DNA of 64,000 bases from Batkoa obscura. Lineage: Eukaryota. Numbering within the stretch: the first letter of the stretch is position 1; every line of letters starts with the position of its first letter. The notes under the pieces are model-generated. The model searched no databases, was not told the DNA's origin, and worked only from the letters and a program-made list of their open reading frames with translations. A program made the position numbers and the translations under genes. The stretch is taken from contig JASVEC010000010.1 of NCBI GenBank assembly GCA_030770535.1, positions 1,426,001-1,490,000 on the forward strand. Direction: 5' to 3'. Of this stretch, positions 36,293 through 48,337 are shown one piece after another.

Positions 36293-37099
36293 ATGCTCTA
36301 TTTTATCTTATTTAATTTATTTGCTCCTATCTTTACCTTAGTGTTAAAGGAGCGTACCTTTAATTTTGACCAAAATATCCTACAAAGGAGACATTCTTCT
36401 AAATCTCGCTCTAAATCTAATTCTTATGGCAGTAAAGGTGGTAGTTACTCTTCGATCCCCGCTTCTTTACCACCTATCGTATTAGATAATGAATCACAAT
36501 TACCTGCTGTTCTTAATTCTCTCAATCCTCAAAATATTTATGACTCAATATCATCCGGTGGAGCACCTTCATACGGCAGCTCAGAAAATTCTCCTTCATA
36601 TGGGAGCTCAGGAAATTCTCCTTCATATGGGAGTTCAGGAAATTCTCCTTCATATGGGAGTTCAGGAAATTCTCCTTCATATGGAAGTACAGGACAAACC
36701 CCTCCTAATGGATCTAATGGCAATTCGCCTTTAGATTATAACTATATGTTACAAAAAGTCAATCAAGTGAGAGCTCAAAACGGTGCATCCCCTTTAAAAT
36801 ATAATAACTTACTAAATGTTGCAGCGCAACAACATTCTGATGACCAAGCAAGGGCTAAAAAGATGAGTCACACAGGAAGTGATGGATCTTCCCCAGATGA
36901 ACGAGTTGAAAAAGCAGGATATAAATGGGCATCAGTAGCTGAAAATGTAGCTTGGAACCAGAAAACAGTAGATCAAGTGATGGATGCTTGGGTTAAGTCA
37001 CCAGGTCATTTTAAAAATTTAGTTAACAAAAAATATACTGACTTTGGGGCTGGGGTTAATAATTATTATTGGACTCAGACTTTTGGTTCAACATCTTAA
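36293..37099 (+). CDS. Secreted CAP/SCP/PR-1 domain protein with Ser/Gly/Pro tandem-repeat linker
   Basis: Signal peptide and CAP motifs VNQVRAQNG, AQQHS.DQA, MSHTGSDGS, AENVAW and WVKSPGHFKNL. Confidence 0.92.
   Translation: MLYFILFNLFAPIFTLVLKERTFNFDQNILQRRHSSKSRSKSNSYGSKGGSYSSIPASLPPIVLDNESQLPAVLNSLNPQNIYDSISSGGAPSYGSSENSPSYGSSGNSPSYGSSGNSPSYGSSGNSPSYGSTGQTPPNGSNGNSPLDYNYMLQKVNQVRAQNGASPLKYNNLLNVAAQQHSDDQARAKKMSHTGSDGSSPDERVEKAGYKWASVAENVAWNQKTVDQVMDAWVKSPGHFKNLVNKKYTDFGAGVNNYYWTQTFGSTS
36566..36700 (+). repeat. Coding 27-bp tandem repeat x5 (PSYGSSGNS)
   Basis: ccttcatatgggagttcaggaaattct-like units seen directly. Confidence 0.92.
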
Positions 37100-37683
37100 T
37101 CTATTTATTGTAAAAATATTTCTTCTGTGAAGAATAAATAATTCTAACTTGTCACTTTCTATTTTTGTTTTTTAAATTCATTTCTTGTTTTGGCTTCTAA
37201 GATGCCATTTTTGTTATGCTCAAAAAAATATTTTAATTTTAATATCATTCTATTTCGTAGCCAAAAATATTTTTTCGAATGTATTTTTTAATCACATTTT
37301 ATTTTCACAAATACATACTAAAATGTTAGTAGTGGAGTATTTACAAAAATAATAAAGAAAAAAGTGGAAGATCTTATACCAATTTATAAGTCATTCTTAC
37401 TACACCAAATGCTTGAATGAGTCGTAAGCCTTTAAATATAAAGATGCCAAGAGATAACTATTTAATATAAATGAAATGTAAAGAATTCTAAATAACACTA
37501 TATAAAAAAATAAAACAGAATTCTGCTATAAAAATTGAGCTAACGATGACCTCATAAAATGATTTAAAGATGATTCAAGGTATAAATAAAGTAAAATGGA
37601 TAACAGCTAAAAAGCTAAAATTGATTAAAATTAGTTACTTTGGAAAGGTATAAATAGAAGATCAAAACAATATTAAAACTTAA

Positions 37684-38961
37684 ATGGATTTTAAAAATAT
37701 CTTTAACTTCAGATCGGTCATTACTTTCTCAAAAATAAAGTAAGAATATTATATTATTTGGTAAAAAACTTACATTGTTTTTACAGGAATACAAAAAATG
37801 ATATTATATTTCGTAGTAGTAATCTAGGTAGCTTATGTTCATATGTTAATAGTTGAATGGTATTTTGATATTGATTTAAGATAGTGCAGACTCAAATGAA
37901 GTAGAAAAGCTTTTAAAACAATATAAAATTACCACTATTATTGATTTAAGATCCAAGTAATGTATAAATATGATACAAATATTATATTGTTAAAATCTTT
38001 TTATAGAAATGAAATAAAAAACAGTAAAGACTTAAAATTGTTTTTCCCAGTAGCCATATTTCAAGTAAAAAAGCTAATATTATAAAATTATTTTATAATA
38101 CTGTAATTTAGGACGATCCTTTATCGGCATTAAGTAGTAATCAAGAAAAAGAAGATAAATCACCTAATAAAGAAGTAGTACAATCTGGAGTAAAAACATA
38201 TGATGAAGCAACAAATAAACAATATGTTCGAAGAACTTATAGAGTAGATTTAGTAAATAAGCAATATAAAAATAAAGTAATTTGGAAGAATCTGAAATTT
38301 AAAGATGTATTGTGAGTTTCAGTAAATTTGATTATAAATCCTGAAACTAATGCTTTAGATATTTGTTATACTACTATATCATGTTTAAACCTCAAAAAGG
38401 TCATGCTTATATAGCTAGTAAATATATTGCCCCTAAAGGACTTTCTGGGTTATATATTGATTTGGTTAAATATTCTGGTATTGAAATAGCCAATGTTTTT
38501 AAGAGAATTGAAAAAGTATGTGATCAGCCTTTTTTAGTACACTGTGCCCATGGCAAAGATAGAACTGGGATAATAATAGGTAACAAATAGTTTCTATTTA
38601 ATGAATGTGTTTTATTTGTTTCATAGCTCTACTCTTATCTTTATTAAAAGTAAACCGCAACATAATTATTGAAGATTATCTGACTAGTTTACGTTTGTTG
38701 AAAGATGTCAACAAAGAAATAGAGAAGGAAATGATTAAATCAGGTTTAAATCAAGAGTTTGCTTTGGTAACTGAAAAGGTAAATAATATTTACAAAACCG
38801 TATTACACATCTAAAGGATATTAAATAAACAGGCCATTACTGATACGTTAAATTATATTGATGAAGCATATGCAGGAGTAGATAAATATTTAAATTTCTA
38901 CGGATTTTCTTATGACTTACAAGAATCCTTACGTTCTAAGCTTTTGATTCAAAACTCTTAG
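37684..38961 (+). CDS. Cys-dependent tyrosine/lipid phosphatase (PtpB/IphP-like family), multi-exon
   Basis: IFNFRS, IFRSS, ITTIIDLRS, P-loop VHCAHGKDRTG and IIEDYLTS across short GT-AG introns. Confidence 0.85.
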
Positions 38962-39243
38962 TTCAATTCGATTATTTATTGAAATAAATAATAACACATT
39001 ATTTCAATTATTGTTCCATTTTTAGTTTGATATTTAAACTTTTGAGATATAAATTTAATTTCTTATTCTGTAAAGAACATTATTTTATTATAAGCTTTAG
39101 CTGATATATTTAAATTATTAAATCATTATATATCGTTAGCCTAATAAATTCAAACCAATTAAAACATGATGATTAAATGGCTCAATAATTCTAGCACTAG
39201 CTTTATTCTTTATAAAAAATAAGTGCTAATTATACAAGTTAAT

Positions 39244-39899
39244 ATGGCGCGGGATAAACAAAATCAATTTCGACCCAATACGTTTGATCCAATATTAATA
39301 ATAGCACAGATAATGGCATATCAATCATGGAACTATTTAAGTTTAAGTTTGTTAATCTTAGCATTTAACTTATTTAGTAATATAAATCATATTTCTTTAA
39401 ATCCAATATTTAATCCAACTACACTAACTTTTGGTTATCAACATGCACTTCCTTATTTATTTCTATTTTTATTAAATACTATACCAAGGTAATAATAATA
39501 TAAATGTTATAATAACAATAATAATCATTTTAAAATAATAAAAGTATGTTAGGTCTAATGATAATAATTGAACGTGCTAAATTATGCTTGGATTTTGTAT
39601 TAACATATCAATTAATTCATTTATTATTTACAATCGTATATACCCGTTCATTTCCAATTTCTTTATTATGGTGGTTGAATTTTTTACTATCTACTCTTAT
39701 TATTACCCTTGGTGGTGAATATTTATGTTATCATTATGAAACAAAACCAATTCAACTTAGTGGAACAAATAACCGAGTTAATAAAGCACCAGAAAGCGAA
39801 CAATTTATACAAAATATAGCCAAGAATGTAGATCAAGATTTGTTATTGGAAGAAGGTTTAGAGCTCAATTTATTAAATACGAGTAGTAGTAGAGATTAA
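39244..39899 (+). CDS. SYS1: Golgi integral membrane protein Sys1, 2 exons
   Basis: FDPILIIAQI..YQ, IERAKLCLDF..T...HL, FP.S..WW and LGGEYLC...E..PI.L. Confidence 0.9.
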
Positions 39900-39986
39900 A
39901 TAATTATATTGTTAGTTATAGTAATAAAAATAAAGGTTCAGTATTATAAATAAATTAAGTTTATTATTAAATATTAAATCTCTTTT

Positions 39987-41076
39987 TTATGCCCTATTTA
40001 AATTTTGTTTCCATTTGTTTTTTAATAAATCTGATATACAATTAAACTGCTTTTGCAGCTGTTCTTCTTCTAATGGTGGGCTCATATTTAAAATGGACAT
40101 CATTTGTAATAGTTTGGCTGCTATATCATTATTATATGTAGGTAATTGTGTTTCATCTTTAAATAATTGTTGAATGGCAACTAAAGAAGAAATCAATTAA
40201 CTACTATCATTAATTAATAACTAAAATAAAACTCACCTTCCAATTTATTCATCAAAGGAGCAATAACATGAATTTTGAAACTATTTAAAGTCATTGTTCT
40301 AACTGAAGTAAGCTTACTTCTTTTGAGTTGATTCACTTCAATTTGGTGAGGTAAAAATACACCTTCTAAATAAGGTAGTACAGTACCTAAAAAAAAGGAC
40401 CAGAGTTCCACCACTCTAGTAGCTATTTTGTCCTCATGAATACCAGATAATTTAGCACTCAACGTAAACATACCAGCAGATAATAAACCATTGTAAATAT
40501 TATTTGAAAAGGTTACTAGGTCAGTTGTTTTTAAACAAGTTCTAGAAAATAATTAGGTATGAATTAAATAATAAAATAAATCAACTGAACTTACCTTACA
40601 TTTTCATTTAGTTCTTCAATTTTACCACCTAATCTTTCACCATTAAATAAAGGCAATACTTTAATAACTAAATGGGGCCAGTTTTCTTCTAAGGTTAAAT
40701 TATCCTGTACTAAAGAGATATCTCGAGTCATTGATTTAACATCTAAACTAGATAATGACTTTTGCACTGCTGCAGTGGTATAAACACCAGCGTTAACTAA
40801 GTTAGATACTGAATTACTAAACAAACCTTGATTAGTAGCTGTTGTTCCTGTACTTAATAATGAATTGGCAAGATGTATGTTTAATGGAGATATTAAGTTA
40901 TTTGAAGTTAAGCTAGTTTTACTAGAATTAGAATGAAAAGAATGCATTGGTAATGGACTTTTGGATCCAAAATGAAAGTTACTTGTTTTATGACTGGAAG
41001 TATAACTGCTTGTATCATCTAATAAATTACTATTTGATGGATTTTCCTTTTGTTTATTCTCACTATATGGAAGCAT
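39987..41076 (-). CDS. HbrB-domain protein (Bit61/PRR5-like TORC2 subunit), 3 exons
   Basis: W..L..KVLPLFNGE.L...IEELN..V and LWSFF.GTVLPYLEGVFLP. Ser-rich N-terminus; exact start uncertain. Confidence 0.82.
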
Positions 41077-41446
41077 GGCAAAATTTAGCTGATATTTTAT
41101 TTGTTAAAGAAATCAAAAGTGCCTTTAATTTTGAACTAAAATTAAAATGATCTAGTTGTTTAATAATAACATGTTTGGAATAATTACTATAAATGATTTT
41201 ATTGAGTTAAAAATCATAATCAATATGTTATGTAATTAACAATGGCAATAGAATAAATATGATAAAGTAGTACTTATAGTTTAATGTAACATGATATGCT
41301 TAATTCATTTAGAATAACTACTTAATCCATATAGAATCATTTATTAAACTAATATATTTTATTTACTTCAATAATTCGAAAAAATGATGAGATTTTAAAG
41401 AATTAATATTTTTATATTGAATAAAAAAACCTTGGATGAAACGACA

Positions 41447-42306
41447 TTATTGTTTAGAATCCGCTACAATTTCTTCTACTTCACCTTCTTCTTCAACATA
41501 TCCTTTTCTTGGGCTATCATCTTCTTCTAAAAGAGGGTCACTTGATTTTGTTTGAAGGTCCTCAGAAGTAAGTTGAGCTTTGTTTTTTTTATTTGTTTTG
41601 GATTTAACCTTTTTTGGTGGTGGTGGTACATCCCAAGCATATAATGGGACAAAAGACTCAAAGAAACCCACATCTTCATAAAGATTTGGAAATAGCCAAA
41701 TACCTGGAGCAGCCACTACTTTAGTTATAATATAAAGTATAAATCTTATTATAGTAATAACAAATAAAAAGCCTAAAAATCCAAGACCTGCCATGGATAA
41801 ATACCAAGCACCATCTTTCATAAAATTGGGCCATAATGGGAATAATACTACCGCAAAAATACCTGCTAATACTAAAATACCCATAAAATAATTTTTGACT
41901 TGGGAACCTTGATAAATCCAAACATAATAAAAGTCTTCTTCATAAGTTTTTTCTTGAGTATAATGTAATTCTCCAGCACCAGACTCTTTTGAACAACGGA
42001 TAACCAATTGGTTTTCAACTAATGGTTTTAATAATTCAATAGCTTCCTCTCTTGTTTCTAATGTTTTATTGATGACTCCTTTTGCCTCAGGTTTCATTAA
42101 AGAGTTGATACCACTCTTTCCTTTTAATAATAAATTTAATTTTTTTAAATAAAGTGGATCTGAAATTAAATTTTACCTTTAAAATAGAGAACTCTTTGGC
42201 CATTTAATTTACCTTGACGGGCACGTAAACCTGATTTTTTAGAATCCAAAAGGTAATCGGCTAATTGTTTGACTCCTTTTGGTGGTTGATTTGTGGCTGT
42301 ACTCAT
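41447..42306 (-). CDS. SEC62: ER translocation subunit Sec62, 2 exons
   Basis: G.LNG.RV.YFKGK, YYVWIYQG, VLFPLWP, two TM helices and PGIWLFPNLYEDVGFFESFVPLYAW. Confidence 0.95.
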
Positions 42307-42700
42307 TTTCTTTTAAAACTTGGAATACAATAAAAAGTTATTTGTATTTACTAAAATAAAGCTTTAAGCTTATTTGTATCACATTCGCACTTTATAAATC
42401 TTTAGCCAATCATTTAATTACTTCTTCTTTTTTACTTTCAACCAATTAAATTTCGATACATTCGAAAAACAATGAGTAGAATGGTGGAGATTAGCTTTGT
42501 TAATGTAAAAATAATTTATTAATAAAATATACATAAAATAGACAGTTTTACTATTTAAGAAATAACAGAGTATTGTTATTAATTTATATTAGTAGGATGT
42601 CTTTATTACTTCTAATTTATCTTTATGGCAAATAGGTTATATCCTAATAAACTCTTAATGATTTGAAACCGAAAATAAAATTACTGTTTTAATAAAAGAT

Positions 42701-42795
42701 AGAGATGTATTTTTTTGTTTAAAGATTTTACTGGTAATTTTTCCATCTAAGCAGGGCTTAAAAATGGAAAAAAAAATGAAACCAAAAACACCCTC
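42701..42795 (-). mobile_element. ~97-bp MITE
   Basis: agagatgt...acaccctc in reverse orientation, flanks agat/ggat. Confidence 0.8.
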
Positions 42796-43105
42796 GGATA
42801 CTACTTTTAAATAATACTAATAATATTACCAATACTGTTAATTCTAAAATTCAAATACATTATTGTGTTATTTATGTATTTTAAATAAGACTATGTAAAA
42901 TTTCCCTCTGGGCGTTTATTATCACTGTGAAGTATATTAAAACATAATTTGATTTTAAAATTTTCTTAGAATATCAAAAATGATCAAAAATGATCAAAAA
43001 TAATTGGAAAAATAGGATCACTTTTATTACATACATTACACAACATTGAATTATAATATTACCAATCCAGCAATAATATTATAAGTCAAATGCTTGTTTA
43101 GAGAT

Positions 43106-44341
43106 TTAGCTTAATATAATTGAAGCTGTATTTCCAGGCGGAACAGAAATAGTACATGCCGTATTAATATTGTTATTTAAATCCAATATACAAGGCTTAT
43201 TAGTTACTGATTGACAGTTATTACATTTAATTTCAATCTTATATAATAAATTGCTACTACTTTTATGTAAACTAATACCAAAATTGGGATTAACAGTCAA
43301 TGACATATATGTTAAAGATTGGGCACCTTGACCAATACCTAATACATAAGGTGCCCAATTACCATATGGTTTATTAGCATCACCCCAAATACATTTACTT
43401 GAATCACTATTTTTTGGATTAACATAATATTGAGCAGATGTACCTTGCCAATAAGTAGAAGGAGGGGAATTTATTATTTGATTGCTACATTGTGGCTCAG
43501 CAACAGTTGGTATAATCATAGCTTCATTTCCTGGATAAACAGTTTGACAAAAAGAAACCGCTTCATTTAATTCTGATTTAATATTGACATTATTTAAAGA
43601 TAAACTACATAATGGTTTATCTTTAAAAGGTAATTGTAAATTGCCATTATTATCACAATATAAACCACCATTCATTGAACCACATTCAGGTCCATTAGGA
43701 CATTTCGAAGTTGGATCCCATTGACTTGAATAATAACCTGATTTGCATGCATAAGGACACCATTTACCATAAGTACATTGTTGATCTGGTGACATAGCCC
43801 ATCCAGCATTTAATTGATCTTTTGTTATTGGCGTTATTAATGAATCATTAGGTAATTTACATGTTTTACTATTTCCAGTATTATAATTATCATTATTATA
43901 TGTATTATTATTATTGTTATTACTTGGCTCTGCAGTTGGTATTATAGAATATGTACTTGAGCTTGATGAAGGTGTTTGAATTGGGTTGTAGCTACTGTGA
44001 TATTGTGGTGATTGATAGTTATTATTACTATTGTAATTATTATAACCCTTATAATTATTATAAGACGTATTTTTAACTTGTGTAGTTGTAGTTAATGTAG
44101 AAGTATTAATTATGGCAGTAGGAATGGTACTAGTTGTAGCTACAGCTTGTGTATATTGGTTGTTGTGATTAATATTATTATATTGAACGTTACTATAATC
44201 AATAGTACTATAATCAATATTACTGTTTTGATTCAAATTATAATAGGGTTGATTTTGTATCCCATATTTTAAACGATATCTTTGAGAAGTATAACAATTA
44301 AATAAGGTAAAAAATAAGATATTATTTAAAATAAGTAACAT
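43106..44341 (-). CDS. Secreted SUN-family beta-1,3-glucanase (GH132-like)
   Basis: Signal peptide, N/T/Y-rich linker, and NAGWAMSPDQ.C, CPYAC.SG, GGLYC, CQTVYPGNEAM, TSAQYYVN and GNWAPYV.G. Confidence 0.92.
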   Translation of the reverse strand: MLLILNNILFFTLFNCYTSQRYRLKYGIQNQPYYNLNQNSNIDYSTIDYSNVQYNNINHNNQYTQAVATTSTIPTAIINTSTLTTTTQVKNTSYNNYKGYNNYNSNNNYQSPQYHSSYNPIQTPSSSSSTYSIIPTAEPSNNNNNNTYNNDNYNTGNSKTCKLPNDSLITPITKDQLNAGWAMSPDQQCTYGKWCPYACKSGYYSSQWDPTSKCPNGPECGSMNGGLYCDNNGNLQLPFKDKPLCSLSLNNVNIKSELNEAVSFCQTVYPGNEAMIIPTVAEPQCSNQIINSPPSTYWQGTSAQYYVNPKNSDSSKCIWGDANKPYGNWAPYVLGIGQGAQSLTYMSLTVNPNFGISLHKSSSNLLYKIEIKCNNCQSVTNKPCILDLNNNINTACTISVPPGNTASIILS

Positions 44342-45255
44342 ATTAAATATAATAAAAAGAATAAAAAAACAGTAAAAGATAATTTCAAAATTGTTTTTTT
44401 TATTGTTTATTTTTTTATTGTTTATTTTTCCCCATTAATTATCAATTAATTTCTTTCTAGTAAGAGTAATTCAATTCGTGGGGATCAATAATTTTATTGT
44501 TGATGGATTTACATCCTTAATTTCTGTTCTTTATGTTTAAGCCTTGTAAATCAATTCATCAATTTTTATGCTAATTAAAATCAAACCTTAAAATTTCAAG
44601 AATTTATGCTAGTTTATTTTTATCATCAAAACTTTATTAACAGAAGCCTCTCCTTCTTATCTCATATGGTTCTAATTTGTATATTTAAATTACGCCTATT
44701 ATTAGCATTATTTGTTTTATTTTATTGTTGATGTATTTATTATCATAATATATTTAATGTATGTTATTATTATTACAAGCTTTTTTAAACGTACATAAAT
44801 TCAACGCTAAGCAATGAATTATAAAAAGTGTTGGAAAGAGTTATAAAACCCTGACACCTGGTAAAAAAGGGACAAATTAAATGCTTTGTGACCATATTTT
44901 TAAAATTTTGTTACTGATATTATAAATTACTATTCAACTTTATTTAATCATCATCTTATGCAAAATTATTGAGTTTTTAATTTGAAGAATTTAGTTTATT
45001 AATAAATTTCCTACTTAGAAATATATAAATAATCTTTTCAATTCCTACATTGATAAACCAAGCCTAGATTATGAAACGCAATATCACAGATAGTTTAAAA
45101 ATGCCAAGATGATATTAAGTCACGATAAACGAGTAATAATTTTTATTCCTCAATTCCGTTTAAGTTTAATATAACTATAATTAGCTTAACGTTTATAATT
45201 TAACTTAACTTAGCTTAAAGAAGTTATTATAAGTTTATATCAATATATAAGATAT

Positions 45256-45350
45256 GGAGGTATTTTTTTGGTTTTATCACTATCTCCACTTCTTAGGCGC
45301 TGTTTGAGTGGAGAAATTGTTAGTAAAATTAAACAAAAATATATATCCCT
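45256..45350 (+). mobile_element. ~97-bp MITE
   Basis: ggaggtat...atatccct, TSD atat/atat. Confidence 0.82.
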
Positions 45351-45940
45351 ATATGCTTTATCCTTTCCTTTGAATCGCCCAAAACACTATAGAGATGGCT
45401 ATTATTGTTAACAAGCTTGTTGCTTGAATTAAACTTTTATTATAAGCTCATTTTTATCTTGCTTTGCAACTAATTATTATCTTATAGAAATTTAGATGTT
45501 GATTCGAATAGAAGGGATGTCTTGATTTAGAGACTTTTAATGACTAAATTGTTCAAAAGAGGCAACACAAAACACTCTCGTTTGAAGCTTTCTACCTTAC
45601 TTGCTATAAACTCTCAAGAGCTAACTCTGTTTAAGATCTTTTTACTAACTTATACATAGTCATTATATTTACCAATGAAATGTTTACAACTTTAGTATCA
45701 AGAGTTTTAAAAACCTTTTAATAATCATGCTAACTATTACTATTTATAAAAGTACCGTTGAACATACTTTGTTAGAATAATATTATTGATCACTTTGTTA
45801 AATATTTACAGTCTATCATAGTAAATATTAATTTGTTAACTAATACTATTAAAACTTAGTTTAATATGGCAATGTTATCCGTTGACTATAATAATAAAGG
45901 ATAATATTGGCAAATATAGTAGACAAATATAAAAGTATAT

Positions 45941-46548
45941 GGGGATGTCTAAGTTGGTTGCATTTTTTTATCCAACTTTTAGATATTTTAGAGTTTAAAA
46001 ACTGCTTAAAATCCTGTAAAAGTAAATTTTTTATTAAAGCAAAAGTACCCACAGCATAGTTTTAGATCATTTTATTTATAATTTATAGGTTAAACAAAAT
46101 TTCTATTAAATTTAATAGAAATTCCCGGATCAAAAAGACTTTTGCTAATATAATATATATATCGATATTAATCAAATTTATATTATTTAAATAGATAAAT
46201 ATTTTTGTAAAACCTCATTCAGAGATATTTATTATTGACTGCTTTATAGTTAACGTTGCAGATTTGCTATTAAATAAATAAATAAATAAATAAATAATTT
46301 TAATATTATAATTATATTATTAACATATCACTAAGTCAATAAATAGCTACATAAGAAAGAATAAGAGCAGTATAATAACAGTTTTTGTTTATTATTACAA
46401 TTACTTACCTTTTAACTATTTGTTAATTTATTTTTGATAAATATCATCATTATTTGAGGATGTTTTTTTGGTTTCATTACTTTTCGATTTTTTAAGCGTT
46501 ATTTGAGCGGAAAGATTGTTAGCAAAATTCTTGAACAAATACATCCCT
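45941..46548 (+). repeat. Left arm of ~600-bp inverted duplication bounded by transposon termini (partner 48242-48852)
   Basis: 45941-46539 is the reverse complement of 48254-48852 (one mismatch noticed at 45956). Begins ggggatgt and ends acatccct, flanked atat/atat. Confidence 0.92.
46456..46548 (+). mobile_element. ~97-bp MITE at inner end of left arm
   Basis: gaggatgt...acatccct. Flanks attt/atat do not match. Confidence 0.88.
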
Positions 46549-46970
46549 ATATGTTTTATATTATCCTCAAAACAACTTTAAATATTTAATAAACACATAA
46601 TTGGTTCATTTTATTTATTAAAAATAAAATGCAAGCTTTTGTAATTAGATTTTAAAATAAATTTTTTAAAGGTTTTAATATAATAGGGAGAAGCACATTA
46701 TACAAACACTATAATTCATTTACATCAATTTCAAAAGTTATTTATAATGACTTGGAATTTATAGAGTTTTATAATAAAATAAAACAAAATAAACGTTATT
46801 GAAATTTATTATTAATAATAATAAACTTAATCAAGCAATGTATAAAATTAATGCTTTGAGGGAAACAAGAAATAAAAATCAACAAGTAATATTATTATTA
46901 ACTATAACTTTATTATGTTTTCTTGAGAAATATAAAAAAACTAAAAACAAGCAATTCAAAAATATTATAT

Positions 46971-47069
46971 GGGGATGTTTTTTTACGTTTAAGGATTTTA
47001 CTAAGAATTTTTCCGCTCAAATAGTGTTAAAAGGTGGAAAAAGTAATGAAGCCAAAAAAAAACACTCCC
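46971..47069 (-). mobile_element. ~97-bp MITE
   Basis: ggggatgt...acactccc in reverse orientation, TSD atat/atat. Confidence 0.88.
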
Positions 47070-48241
47070 ATATAGTAAATATTTTAATAATCTAAAAGAC
47101 AAAACATGTGAAATATTACTTTGTCAGTCCCATGGTTAATTATAGTATAACAATCGCCTAAGCTGTTATATTCTTGAATTCAGAGAAAATCAATCCCATG
47201 TTCTTATTTTGATTTGTTATGAGAATTTCTAGCTCCATCCAAAAGAATACTATCCTCTCATTTTGATATTTATACTTTTCAGAGTATAAAAGAGTTTACA
47301 GAGTATAGTAGTTCAAGGCTTTTTAATTGAATTATCCCTGATACCTCGAACATTTAATAAAGCCACTAAGTTTTCTTAATAATATTTTACGTAGATTTAC
47401 ATCAGTATTGTCTATTATATTTGTCTTATATAGCTTGTAACCTATTACGTGCCATTCTTCATAATCCAAGTCTATCTTGGTCACATAAACTAAGACCTTT
47501 CGACTTATAGTGTAGTCAACCCAGCAATAGTTTTTCTTGATTCCAAATACTGAGTACCAGATTTCACAAACAGTAACTGAATTAACATTTTTCAAATATA
47601 TCAAAAATGGATTTATATAATGTGTCCAGTATACAGCTAGAAAATTATTTAAAAATTAAAGCAAAAATTAATATACAGACAGACACAGTAAACTATCTTA
47701 AATTTCAAAAGTTTTTATATTCTATATTTAAAAAAGTTTATAAAGTAAACTGTAGTTCAAATTTTAATTTTGATTTTGATTTTTTTGCTGAGTATTGTAA
47801 AAAAGTATAATTAGTAAATTTTTGAAAATTTTTCACAATGGAAAAATAGTTTTAAAGTATTAAGTAAAATAAAAGATGTTAATTATTTTAAATTTGAAGT
47901 TTTTATTTGTAAATATAACAAAACTAATAACTTAACTGTCAATAATACGAAAATAAATATAATCTTTAAAAAGTATAAGAAATAAAAATATGAAAAAAAT
48001 ACAAAAAACATAAGCTATTAAAAGTGTTTATATTTTACTAAATATAACAATAAACTACATTGCTATCTAGTATTTGATAGATTAAAAAAAAGTGATATGA
48101 TTCTAATTAAAGTTATGAAGTCTTTAAAAAATAGAAAAATTAAAAGATCAACTCCAGTTTATCTTACAAAAATAGCAGAAACTTTAAAAGTTTCGATACT
48201 TATTAAATAGTTTACTAAATGATCGAAAGCAATTATTAAAT

Positions 48242-48337
48242 GAGGATGTATTTTTTGTTCAAGAATTTTGCTAACAATCTTTCCGCTCAAATAACGCTTA
48301 AAAAATCGAAAAGTAATGAAACCAAAAAAACATCCTC
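48242..48337 (-). mobile_element. ~97-bp MITE at inner end of right arm
   Basis: gaggatgt...acatcctc, TSD aaat/aaat. Confidence 0.92.

Noticed and set aside
45505..45586. Weak inverted repeat containing gggatgt
   Set aside because: Arms match poorly and the body does not align to the MITE consensus.
47100..48241. Transposase inside the 2.9-kb inverted-repeat structure
   Set aside because: Only short ORFs (90 and 67 aa) and an HTH-like KIAETLKVS fragment among stops. No DDE/D motif is recognisable.
2138..48337. Dispersed repeats as a CRISPR-like array or RNA gene family
   Set aside because: Copies are scattered in both orientations, with TIRs and TSDs and no regular spacers. The context is eukaryotic.
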